This document shows, piece by piece, positions 18,642 to 28,100 of a stretch of DNA of 47,127 bases. Position numbers and translations under genes: made by a program. Position 1 is the stretch's first letter. The number at the start of each line of letters is the position of its first letter. This DNA comes from Thermoplasmatota archaeon (GTDB lineage Archaea; Thermoplasmatota; E2; UBA202; JdFR-43), in assembly GCA_029259015.1 (NCBI GenBank), contig JAPDJQ010000036.1, forward strand, positions 1 to 47,127, given 5' to 3'. The notes beneath the pieces are model-generated. The model did not search any database. It was not told the origin of the DNA and saw only the letters and a list, made by a program, of their open reading frames with translations.

Positions 18642-19202
18642 ATGAAAATAGGAGAAAAGGTGCCAGATTTTGAATTTGAGGCATATCACGAAGGGCAAAT
18701 TAAAAAGATGAAATTATATGATTTCAGGGGCAAATGGATTATTCTTGCATTCTATCCAGCAGATTTTACCTTCGTTTGTCCAACAGAGCTAGAAGAGTTG
18801 GCAGATTATTATGAAGAATTCAGAAAAAATGATGCTGAAATATTGAGCATAAGCACCGACACTGCCTATGTGCATAAAGCATGGCATGATACATCAAAAG
18901 CGATAAGCAAAATTAGATTTCCAATGGTTGCCGACCCCGCCGCCAAACTATGCAAAGCTTTTGGAACATATATAGAAGAGGAAGGAGTTTCAACAAGAGC
19001 AACATTCATTATTGATCCAGATGGCAAATTAGTTGCAATGGAATTGCATGATAACAGTATTGGAAGAAGTGCAAGGGAAATTTTGAGAAAGTTGCAGGCA
19101 GCTAAATATACGAGAGAGCACCCTGGAGAGGTATGCCCAGCAAGCTGGGAGCCAGGAAAGGAGACTTTAAAAGTCAGTCTCGATTTAGTTGGAAAAATAT
19201 AG
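18642..19202 (+). CDS. 2-Cys peroxiredoxin (AhpC/TSA family)
   Basis: FYPADFTFVCPTE, plus the C-terminal resolving-Cys context GEVCPASW. Confidence 0.9.
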   Translation: MKIGEKVPDFEFEAYHEGQIKKMKLYDFRGKWIILAFYPADFTFVCPTELEELADYYEEFRKNDAEILSISTDTAYVHKAWHDTSKAISKIRFPMVADPAAKLCKAFGTYIEEEGVSTRATFIIDPDGKLVAMELHDNSIGRSAREILRKLQAAKYTREHPGEVCPASWEPGKETLKVSLDLVGKI

Positions 19203-19213
19203 GAGGTGAAAGA

Positions 19214-19717
19214 ATGGGAGAAATGACAAAAAAAGCGTTAAATGAGGCTTTTGCCGGAGAATCGATGGCTCATATGAAATATCTGATATTTAGTGAGATG
19301 GCTGAAAAAGAAGGGTATCATAATATAGCTCGACTTTTCAAAGCAATTGCATTTGCCGAGCAAGTCCATGCCACAAATCATGCAAGAAATCTTGCCATGA
19401 TAAAAGAAACAGAAAGCAATCTCCAGGCTGCAATAGAAGGAGAGACATTTGAAGTGGAAGAAATGTATCCTGCATATGATGCCATAGCAAAGTTGCAGAA
19501 TGATAGAGATGCAGAAATTTCCATTCATTATGCTTTGGAGGCAGAAAAAATTCATGCTGATTTATACAAAAAGGCAAAAGATGCTGTCAAAAATGGAAGA
19601 GATGCTGAACTTGAAGAGATATATATTTGCCCTGTATGTGGCTACACTCATGTAGGCACCCCACCAGAAAAATGCCCTGTGTGCGGGGCATCAAAAGAAA
19701 AATTCAGGAAATTTTAG
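19214..19717 (+). CDS. rbr: Rubrerythrin
   Basis: ATG at 19214 behind AGGAGGTGA; the track ORF from 19133 is an upstream extension. The diiron domain (AFAGESMAHMKY, EGETFEVEEMYP, ALEAEKIHADLY) is followed by a rubredoxin-like CPVCGY...CPVCG. Confidence 0.9.
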   Translation: MGEMTKKALNEAFAGESMAHMKYLIFSEMAEKEGYHNIARLFKAIAFAEQVHATNHARNLAMIKETESNLQAAIEGETFEVEEMYPAYDAIAKLQNDRDAEISIHYALEAEKIHADLYKKAKDAVKNGRDAELEEIYICPVCGYTHVGTPPEKCPVCGASKEKFRKF

Positions 19718-19728
19718 GGGGTGAAAAA

Positions 19729-19911
19729 ATGGAAGAAAAGGAAAAGAAGGTATTGGAGGCGTTTAAGAAGGCTGGCAAGCCTTTGCGGCCAGGAGATATA
19801 GCAGAGATGACAGGCATTGATAAGAAGGAAGTATCGAAAATAATAAAGAGATTGAAAGAAGAAGGAAAAATAATATCCCCAAAAAGATGCTTTTATGCCC
19901 CAGCTAAGTAA
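19729..19911 (+). CDS. Small (60 aa) winged-helix DNA-binding protein
   Basis: ATG at 19729 after a GGGGGTGA SD-like site. MEEKEKKVLEAFKKAGKPLRPGDIAEMTGIDKKEVSKIIKRLKEEGKIISPKR has a helix-turn-helix plus wing pattern. It is the last gene of the operon. Confidence 0.55.
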   Translation: MEEKEKKVLEAFKKAGKPLRPGDIAEMTGIDKKEVSKIIKRLKEEGKIISPKRCFYAPAK

Positions 19912-19918
19912 CTAACCC

Positions 19919-19939
19919 TTTTCTCTTATTTTTTGTTTT
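19919..19939 (+). terminator. Oligo-T archaeal-type terminator candidate after the oxidative-stress operon
   Basis: The T-rich stretch CTTTTCTCTTATTTTTTGTTTT lies immediately after the stop at 19909-19911. Confidence 0.35.
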
Positions 19940-20017
19940 AAAATATCGTATCGTTTCTCATTTAAAAACATTACAGCGTAATATTTAAATACAATTTTCG
20001 AATTGGCAAGTGTTAAT

Positions 20018-20977
20018 ATGGAAAAGTTTGTGAAAAGTGAAGATAAAACATCAAAATATTCTGCTGTATTATTAGATGAAATATTTTCGGATACAGCTGA
20101 AAAACTTTGTCAAGGTAAGCTATATGACTTGAAATACAAAGCAAATTATGAATTGCCGACGCCTTCCATAGAAGACTTATCAAAATGCATTTCGCTTTTG
20201 CGTTCCGTAATTTTTCCTGGATATTTTGGAATAAAGGTAACAGATAAAACAAAGATGAAAAAAGATTTACAGCAGGCTCTTGAGGAAGCTTCTGCAATCT
20301 TGCTTGAACAAATATATCGTGTTTTATGCTTTGACTGCTCCCTGGATGCAAAGGATTGTGCCAAATGCAGAGAAAGGGCAGAAAAGGCAGTTGTTTATCT
20401 GATTTCTCGCTTGCCTGAAATAAGGCGGCTACTTTTAACAGATGTTGAGGCAGCATATGAGGGAGATCCAGCTGCCAAAAGCATTGATGAAGTAATATTA
20501 TGCTACCCGAGTATAAAGGCATTGACAAACCATAGAATATCTCATGAATTGTATAAAATGGATATTCCTCTGATTCCGCGTTTAATAACGGAAATGGCGC
20601 ATGCTGAGACAGGTATAGATATTCACCCTGGAGCAGAGATAGGTGAAAGATTTTTCATGGACCATGGAACAGGAATAGTTATTGGGGAAACGAGCATCAT
20701 TGGCAAAAATGTTAAGATTTATCAGGGTGTTACTTTGGGAGCCAAAAGTTTTCCACTGGATGAAAGAGGGATGCCTGTAAAAGATGTTCCCCGCCATCCA
20801 ATTGTAGAGGATGATGTGATAATTTATGCATGTGCTACCATACTTGGCAGGGTGAGAATAGGCAAAGGTGCAATTATAGGAAGCAATGCTTTTGTAACCA
20901 AGGATGTGCCGCCTAGTAGTAAGGTATTTGCTGGAAGGGAAAATGTTTTGGAGAGAGAAAATGAAAAGAATTTATAG
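20018..20977 (+). CDS. cysE: Serine O-acetyltransferase
   Basis: Left-handed beta-helix hexapeptide region [43 protein letters not shown]. The track start at 20003 is TTG and the ATG is at 20018. Confidence 0.85.
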   Translation: MEKFVKSEDKTSKYSAVLLDEIFSDTAEKLCQGKLYDLKYKANYELPTPSIEDLSKCISLLRSVIFPGYFGIKVTDKTKMKKDLQQALEEASAILLEQIYRVLCFDCSLDAKDCAKCRERAEKAVVYLISRLPEIRRLLLTDVEAAYEGDPAAKSIDEVILCYPSIKALTNHRISHELYKMDIPLIPRLITEMAHAETGIDIHPGAEIGERFFMDHGTGIVIGETSIIGKNVKIYQGVTLGAKSFPLDERGMPVKDVPRHPIVEDDVIIYACATILGRVRIGKGAIIGSNAFVTKDVPPSSKVFAGRENVLERENEKNL

Positions 20978-21905
20978 GCCAAAAATAGCTGAGGATATAA
21001 CTCAGCTTATTGGGAATACACCTTTGGTGAGGCTGAAGAAAATAGGCAAAGGTTTGCCGGGGGAAATTGTAGCCAAGCTTGAGTCCTTCAATCCTCTTTC
21101 AAGTGTTAAGGACAGAATAGGCTATTCCATGATTGAGGATGCTGAAAAAAGAGGTTTATTGAAGCCTGGTGATATTATTATTGAGCCTACGAGTGGCAAT
21201 ACTGGCATTGCTTTAGCTTTTGTTGCAGCTGTTAAGGGTTATAAGCTGATTCTGACAATGCCAGACACAATGAGCGTTGAAAGAATAAAAATAATGAAGG
21301 CATTTGGAGCAGAGGTAATTTTAACACCCGGCAAAGAAGGAATGAATGGTGCTGTGAAAAAGGCAGAAGAAATAGCAAAGGAAAATGGCTATTTCATGCC
21401 CCAGCAATTTAAGAATCCAGCCAATCCAGAAATACATCGAAGGACAACTGCCCTAGAAATCTGGGAAGATACAGAAGGCAAAATAGATATATTTGTCGCC
21501 GGCGTAGGAACAGGAGGAACAATTACAGGAGTTGGCGAAGTGTTGAAAAAATTCAAGCCAAGCATTAAAATTGTAGCTGTTGAACCAGCTGAATCACCTG
21601 TATTATCAGGAGGCGAGCCAGGCCCTCATAAAATACAGGGCATAGGAGCAGGTTTTATACCAGATATTCTCAACGTGGATGTAATTGACGAAATTATTAA
21701 GGTAAGGAGCGAGGATGCTGGAGAGATGGTCAGAAAACTTGCAAAAGAGGAGGGAATTCTTGCAGGCATATCATCTGGAGCTGCAGTATGTGCTGCTTTA
21801 GAAATTGCATCAAGGGAAGAAAATAAAGGAAAAATGATTGTTGTAATGTTGCCAGATACTGGTGAAAGATACCTTTCAACATGGGTATTTGAAGAACAAG
21901 ATTAA
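20961..21905 (+). CDS. cysK: Cysteine synthase A (O-acetylserine sulfhydrylase)
   Basis: [26 protein letters not shown] (PLP lysine), GTGGTITG. The ATG at 20961 overlaps the end of cysE; the track ORF from 20904 is an extension. Confidence 0.9.
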   Translation: MKRIYRPKIAEDITQLIGNTPLVRLKKIGKGLPGEIVAKLESFNPLSSVKDRIGYSMIEDAEKRGLLKPGDIIIEPTSGNTGIALAFVAAVKGYKLILTMPDTMSVERIKIMKAFGAEVILTPGKEGMNGAVKKAEEIAKENGYFMPQQFKNPANPEIHRRTTALEIWEDTEGKIDIFVAGVGTGGTITGVGEVLKKFKPSIKIVAVEPAESPVLSGGEPGPHKIQGIGAGFIPDILNVDVIDEIIKVRSEDAGEMVRKLAKEEGILAGISSGAAVCAALEIASREENKGKMIVVMLPDTGERYLSTWVFEEQD

Positions 21906-21942
21906 TTTATTTATACTCAAATAAAATTTATGAACGATAAAA

Positions 21943-23124
21943 ATGATAGTTGAAATAGATAAAGATATATATTTTGTTGGGGCAATGCACTGGGATCGTC
22001 GCCTTTTTGATGAACTGATTCCTTTGCCTGATGGAACAAGCTACAATGCCTATTTAATCAAAGGATCAGAAAAAACTGCATTGATAGATACTGTTGATCC
22101 TTCAAAAAGCGAAAAATTAATGAAAAACCTTGAAAAGCTTGGGATAAAAAGTATTGATTATATTATAGCCAATCATGCCGAACAAGACCACTCTGGAGCA
22201 TTGCCAATAATGCTCGAAAAATATCCTATGGCAAAAGTCGTAACAAATGAAAAATGCAAGCGTTTTCTCATGGATTTGCTTTTGCTGCCAGAGGAAAAAT
22301 TCATAGTTGTGGATGATGGAGATAAAATTTCATTGGGAGATAAAACTCTACAGTTTATCATGGCACCATGGGTTCACTGGCCTGAAACAATGCTTACTTA
22401 TTTGGTGGAAAACAAAATTTTATTTCCATGTGACTTATTTGGATCCCATCTTGCAGTAAGCGATATTTTTTCTGAAAATGAAAAGTTATACAATGCAGCC
22501 AAGCGTTATTATGCAGAGATTATGATGCCTTTCCGTAATAAAATAAGGCAGCATATGGAGAAAATTAGCAAGCTGGAAATAAAAATGATTGCTCCAAGCC
22601 ATGGCCCAGTTTACAAAAATCCAGAATTTATTCTGAATGCATATCGTGATTGGATTTCTGATGATGTTAAAAACGAAGCTATCATAGCATATGTTTCTAT
22701 GCATGGAAGTGTGGAAAAAATGGTAGAATATTTTATTGATTCACTGGCTAAACAGGGCATAGATGTCATTCCATTTAATTTAACTGTAACTGATATAGGC
22801 GAGTTAGCAATGGCCCTAGTAGATGCAGCCACACTTATTGTGGCAACGCCTACAGTACTTACTGGTATGCATCCTTCCGCCTTATATGCAACATATCTTG
22901 CCAATGCTTTGCGACCGAAAACAAAATTTGTTTCTCTAATCATTTCTTACGGCTGGGGAGGAAAAGCCATAGAGCAGGCTAAAAGCATGATAGGAAATTT
23001 GAAAGTAGAGTTGCTTGAACCAGTTATAGCAAAAGGCCATCCAAAAGAGGAAGATTTTAAAGCGCTGGATGAACTTGCAAGAAAAATTGCTGAGAAGCAT
23101 AGAGAAATTGGTATATTGAGTTAA
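21943..23124 (+). CDS. Flavodiiron protein (FprA-type O2/NO reductase: metallo-beta-lactamase plus flavodoxin domains)
   Basis: The diiron motif ANHAEQDHSG lies in the N-terminal lactamase-like domain. The C-terminal flavodoxin-like domain contains AIIAYVSMHGSVEKMVEY. Confidence 0.85.
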   Translation: MIVEIDKDIYFVGAMHWDRRLFDELIPLPDGTSYNAYLIKGSEKTALIDTVDPSKSEKLMKNLEKLGIKSIDYIIANHAEQDHSGALPIMLEKYPMAKVVTNEKCKRFLMDLLLLPEEKFIVVDDGDKISLGDKTLQFIMAPWVHWPETMLTYLVENKILFPCDLFGSHLAVSDIFSENEKLYNAAKRYYAEIMMPFRNKIRQHMEKISKLEIKMIAPSHGPVYKNPEFILNAYRDWISDDVKNEAIIAYVSMHGSVEKMVEYFIDSLAKQGIDVIPFNLTVTDIGELAMALVDAATLIVATPTVLTGMHPSALYATYLANALRPKTKFVSLIISYGWGGKAIEQAKSMIGNLKVELLEPVIAKGHPKEEDFKALDELARKIAEKHREIGILS

Positions 23125-23130
23125 TTCAAG

Positions 23131-24069
23131 TTAAGTAAAAAGCATGTATTCCATTATATCAAAGGTATCGACTTCAATTGTCCCTCCTTCCATTTTTATT
23201 TTGCCTGTAGCATGAACATGATATCGCCAGTAATGCAACAATGGCAAGCGAATGAAATGTACTGATATGGCACGAAGAGAGATGTTGATGACAACATTTT
23301 CATTTGCTGCAGAAATATGAAAAGAAGTTGGAATCAGTTTACCATGATTTATTTCATAATCATAACAAATGATGGATACATTTTCTATTAAATTATAAGA
23401 AGAATTGCTGAATATCACAAAATCTTCTTGCATGAAAACATTTTTCATCAATTTCGCCCAAACCACAGAAAAATTGCTCATCATTATTTTTCCGTCCATA
23501 TACCCTCTCTTTACAAAAGGGCTTAACAAGAAGAAGATGTTATGATCGTGGTAGCCCTTGCCATTTACATTTTTTTCTTTTCCATTTATGAGAATGTTGC
23601 CTTCCACCCTCATATTTGGAATAGCGAGCCATCCATCATTACTTTTCCATCCTTTTGTTGTATTTTCAAAATATAAATTGAAGGAAATGGAGGAAGTAGT
23701 ATAAGATATATTATAACATATCTTGCCTTCTTCATTCAAAAAACCTTTCATTATTTCATTTCCTTCTGCGACAATATATGGTGTTTCGCTAGATAAATAA
23801 AAAGATGTATACATATCTCTTTTTTCATATACAATTTTTCCATTCTCGTAAAAATGCACTCCAATCATTAAAATTCCTTTACTTTCGCTTCCTAAAGAAG
23901 TTATCATAAAAACCATGCTTTCATTACTCTCAAAAATTGCCTCAAAATACCATGTTTCAATATGCAAGGGCAAGTCAGCATGAAAAGCATCGTCCTGCAG
24001 AGTTATATCATAAAGACTAATGTTATTGAATAAAAGAAGGAGAATAATGAACGAAATTTTCATGAACAT
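23131..24069 (-). CDS. Secreted hypothetical protein, possibly AttH/CrtC-like lipocalin fold
   Basis: Signal-like N-terminus (MKISFIILLLLFNNISL). IETWYFEAIF, GKGYHDHNIF and HYWRYHVHATGKIKMEGGTIEVD resemble CrtC/AttH family motifs. This is a weak call by eye. Confidence 0.4.
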   Translation of the reverse strand: MFMKISFIILLLLFNNISLYDITLQDDAFHADLPLHIETWYFEAIFESNESMVFMITSLGSESKGILMIGVHFYENGKIVYEKRDMYTSFYLSSETPYIVAEGNEIMKGFLNEEGKICYNISYTTSSISFNLYFENTTKGWKSNDGWLAIPNMRVEGNILINGKEKNVNGKGYHDHNIFFLLSPFVKRGYMDGKIMMSNFSVVWAKLMKNVFMQEDFVIFSNSSYNLIENVSIICYDYEINHGKLIPTSFHISAANENVVINISLRAISVHFIRLPLLHYWRYHVHATGKIKMEGGTIEVDTFDIMEYMLFT

Positions 24070-24099
24070 ATATCCCTAATCATAAAAGGATTTAAAATT

Positions 24100-24939
24100 C
24101 TATATAATTTGTCTATTTTGCAGCACAGATAGTAAAAGATCTTTTCCCTTGGGCGTCAGTTCATATATTTTATGCTTGCTATCTATAGCTTTTCCACTAA
24201 CATATCCAGCTTTCTCCAAAATCAATATAAAGAGGGCTAAATCATGGTATGGCAAATTTATTTCTTTTTCCAATTTGGATATCTCCTTAGGTGTCAGAAG
24301 AGTTAACAAAATTTTTTCTACAACACGCAATCCAGTCCCTACCCCTAATCTCTGACCCAATAAGTCCATATACCTAAGAGCTATTTCAAAGGTAGCTTTA
24401 TCAATGATATCCACTCGCCCCAGATTTATTATATCAAGGTATCCCATCAATCTGTATTCCTTTTTCTTAATCTCTCTGAGAAATGGTAAAGCCTCTTTAT
24501 ATGGTTTAATAAATTCATTGAGTATCCATTCCTTAATTTCCACCCCTGTTATTTTCTTTAATCCTTTTTTGATAGTATCTCTTTTTGTTTCGTCCCCAAT
24601 TTCACTATATAAATCGGTAAAGAGTTTGATTTTTGATACAGCCTTACAAATATTTTCCACTTCCTCCTCCTCTGTCAGACTTTTTATAATATCTTCTCCT
24701 AGAGGAGAAATGTTCAAGTTGCCGCTTTTGCCAATGATTAAGCCGTATTGCTTAAGTGCCGATAATTTTGCCCTAAATCTCCCGCTTTTATGGGTTGTAT
24801 GTCCCAACTTTCTTGCAAGTACTTTTATGTCTCTTATTTTTTCTCTGTGTATCAATTTTAGTATAGCCACTGCCTCGTTGATTCCAATCAACGGATATTC
24901 ATAATTTCCGAGTTTTCCCATGTTAGTAATAGAATTCAT
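24100..24939 (-). CDS. Hypothetical protein with two winged-helix-like modules (candidate regulator)
   Basis: N-terminal IRDIKVLARKLGHTTHKSGRFRAKLSALKQYGLI and C-terminal TPKEISKLEKEINLPYHDLALFILILEKAGYVSGK...YELTPKGKDLL. Confidence 0.5.
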   Translation of the reverse strand: MNSITNMGKLGNYEYPLIGINEAVAILKLIHREKIRDIKVLARKLGHTTHKSGRFRAKLSALKQYGLIIGKSGNLNISPLGEDIIKSLTEEEEVENICKAVSKIKLFTDLYSEIGDETKRDTIKKGLKKITGVEIKEWILNEFIKPYKEALPFLREIKKKEYRLMGYLDIINLGRVDIIDKATFEIALRYMDLLGQRLGVGTGLRVVEKILLTLLTPKEISKLEKEINLPYHDLALFILILEKAGYVSGKAIDSKHKIYELTPKGKDLLLSVLQNRQII

Positions 24940-24961
24940 AGTTAATAAATTTGTCTAAAAT

Positions 24962-25067
24962 TACCGAAAATAACCGAAAAATTTCAAAAATTTTAAATAC
25001 TCTTGTTTATTCTTGATGTGTAGTGGGTGAGGGGAGTGGGATGTTTGTCCTTAAACAACCGAAAAAT
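24962..25067. promoter_or_regulatory. Three copies of an (A)ACCGAAAA(A)T motif in the divergent intergenic region
   Basis: ACCGAAAAT at 24962-24970, AACCGAAAAAT at 24971-24981 and AACCGAAAAAT at 25057-25067. The tandem pair lies between a TATTTAAAA box (minus strand, ~24990-25000) and the ATG at 24939. Confidence 0.4.
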
Positions 25068-25139
25068 CCTTTCATTTTCTGCCTCCGAATATTTTATAAT
25101 TTCTAGTCCTCAAATACTGGCAAGCTCCCCTCACCCACT
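25022..25139. repeat. Perfect 15-bp GC-rich inverted repeat (AGTGGGTGAGGGGAG / CTCCCCTCACCCACT) separated by 88 bp
   Basis: The arms at 25022-25036 and 25125-25139 are exact reverse complements. The spacer contains a TTTTATAA box (~25092-25099). The right arm ends about 10 nt before the AAAGGAGGG SD of the 1358-aa gene. Confidence 0.9.
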
Positions 25140-25160
25140 GGCATATTTTAAAGGAGGGAT

Positions 25161-28100
25161 ATGATGAAAAGAGAAAAAAAGCGTATGGGAAAGGTTTTGG
25201 TGATAGTGGTATCTGCAGTGATGATAGCAGCAGCAATACCAGCTACAATTGCAAGAAATGGCATCCACTTCTCTTTTGATAACAACGATAACAATGATTC
25301 CAATGGCATCTTCAATATGAATAAAGTAAGAGATGAAGGAAAACCGCACCCCCCAATTCCACCAGTCGGAGATGTAGCAGTATCTCCTACAGACATCATT
25401 TTTTATGAGAATTTCAGCAGCGGACTAGGACAATTTACAGTAGACAACGTCAGTGGGTACGGAAACTATATGTGGAACAATGGAGGATGGATGGACTGGG
25501 ATTCGGCGTACAATCCATACTACAAAATAGAAAATGATTACCTCAATGCAACGATTGATTTAACCAATCTCCCAGAATGTGTAGATACCATATTGCTGCA
25601 ATTTGATTACTGGGGTGATGGAGGACAGTTTAGCGTAGAAATAGATGGAACAGCGATAGGAGATAGCCCTTATCAAGGAGGGATTAAATCAACAGCGGAA
25701 ATCATAATATCTCATTCATACATAGGACAAACATTCACACTATCATTCCATGTAAGCGGGGCTATTGGTGAAACTAGCAGAGAATTCAGCATTGACAATG
25801 TAACAATATCTGTAAATTATACAACTGATATTATAATAAATGGCATCGAAGGCATGGAAGATGGTGGGAGATACAATACATTTCCAAAAATGATAAATGT
25901 TAGTGTGACTAACAGAGGAACAGAACCCATAGATAAAGCAGATTTTCACTTGCAAATATACAAGGAAGTGCCATTCGAGCCAGAGAATTACAAGTGCTGG
26001 AACTTAGAATCATGCTTCTTAACAACTTGGGATACCTGGAGCGCAGATGGGGATCAGGCAAGATGGTATTGGACTGAGAAGAGAAGCCATTCACCAACAC
26101 ACAGCTATGCATGTAAGCCAGATTATTTGGATACATATGAGGCAAATTCAGAAGACTATTTGATATTGCACGACTGGCTTTACATACCAACAACAGTTGG
26201 CGATAAAACAGTACATACTGCATTTCTGAATTTCTCATACTGGTGCAAGGGAGAATACACTGGCTATACAGTAACTGATTATGGCATGGTGTACATCGAG
26301 GACAAGACGAATCCAGGAGATCTAATTGAGGTGGGCGGGCCATACTATAATTCTGATGGCAAATGGGTCTTTGAAGAAATAAATATTTCTGACTACATCG
26401 GGCACGATATAAAGATATGGTTTGGGTGGTTCTCAGATGATTACCTCAACTATGAAGGAATGTATGTCGACGATATATGCATACAGCTTTCATTTACAAG
26501 TGATCAGCCACTGGTATTCCAGGGCTATAAGTATGCTGACTTCGAACCAAATGAGACAAAGACAATAAGTTTTCCAGTTGAATTCACACCAGATGAAGGC
26601 ACATATTTCATACAGGTATATACAGATTATGAAGATTGCTTACCGGGCATAGAAGATGGGGATGAAATCAACTGGACAATCTGGTTTGGAGATGTATGTG
26701 ATGCTGCAATACTCAATATAACAGCCCCAGCAGAATTGGAGATGCCAGATGAGGGCTATGTAAATGTGCCAATAAATGTGACAGTTTACAATAATGGAAC
26801 TCTGACAAAGGATGTACCAGTTGAAGTGAAAGTGCAGCATAAACTTGTGGATACAATATTTGAAGATGATGTTGAATCTGGTGATAAAGGATGGTATCAG
26901 TGGTATATAGGTGGAACTGGCAATCCAGATTTCAGCTGGGTTATTACAGAAAAAGAATGTTATAGTGCAACACATGCATGGGCGGCATGGTCAGATATAG
27001 TAAAACAGCATCCAGCAGGATTGGATAACGGCATTGCTACACCAGAGCCAATAACATTTGATGAAGGAACAGATGTTGTGGCAATGATTAACTACAATTT
27101 TGGAGCAGACAATGTAGCATTTCCAGTTTTAGCAACAGAAGGCGGCATATTCATGCTTGGAGAATACATAGGCGGAGGAGGATATCCATATGACATTGAT
27201 GCAGCTCCATTCAAGGGCTCTTCAGGAGGATGGCAACTCTTCTCATTTAATGAATATATCAGGACTCATACACTATACTGGGAAAAGAATGATTACTGGG
27301 GCGGATTTGGAGAAGTTAATAATTTGGCTGAATTGGTTGAATATCTTTCTGAAAGATATGGTGTGCATGAATTCCGTCCAGGTTTCCATATTACCACAAC
27401 TACAGATGGTGCAGAACCAACATTCAGCGGATTTTTGTTCGACGATTTCAAAGTAATAAAAGAATATACAGGAGCAACAGTATGGAATTATACAATTGTA
27501 GCAGAGAATCTTGCTCCAGAGGAAGAAAGAATATTGAACTTTACATGGAATGCAACGGAATATTGTGACTATGTAATAACCGCCCAAGTTAAACTGGAAT
27601 GTGATATTGATCCATCAAATGATAAAAAGGATACTCAAACAAAAATATATGAACAAATGTATATAGATGAAAATACATGGTCACAGGAAGATAATACAGC
27701 ATGGCAACCAGATGACTGGCATATTGTGGAAGAATGTTCAATATGCCCAACAAATCATTTCTGGTGGAATGGTAGAGAAGAGTTAAATGGGTATGCAAAT
27801 GAGCGAAATGATAGCCTGTATATAAATGAAACATTCGATTGGTCAACAGCCTCACAAGTGTGGATTAATTTCTCCACAAGATATAACATTGAGGAAAACT
27901 GGGATCATGGATATGTGGAGGTGAGCAATGATAGCGGAATAACATGGTATATAATGTATGATGATATAGTCGGCAACAGTACAGGATGGGTGGATATTAC
28001 AGTGCCTTTAATACCCGTATTAACTGTGCCACCTACATTCTTCACTGATCAGATGCATGTGAGATTCAGATTTGTATCTGATGAATTTGAAGGATGGAAG

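Noticed and set aside
24404-24904. 166-aa plus-strand ORF, and many similar 60-150-aa ORFs elsewhere (for example 6232-6696, 11926-12330, 22611-22943, 29806-30186, 36119-36493, 37428-37820)
   Set aside because: Each lies entirely antisense to a longer ORF with recognisable family motifs. Their translations are low-complexity S/F/I/L-rich strings typical of shadow frames of purine-rich AT-biased genes. None has an SD or promoter context.
25022-25139. Inverted-repeat region considered as a tRNA, C/D-box sRNA, CRISPR repeat or MITE
   Set aside because: There is no cloverleaf and no T-loop GTTCRANNC. There are no C (RUGAUGA) and D (CUGA) box pairs. The 15-mer is present only as one inverted pair in this window, so it is not an array. 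No target-site duplication flanks the arms. It is kept as an unexplained repeat rather than assigned to a class.
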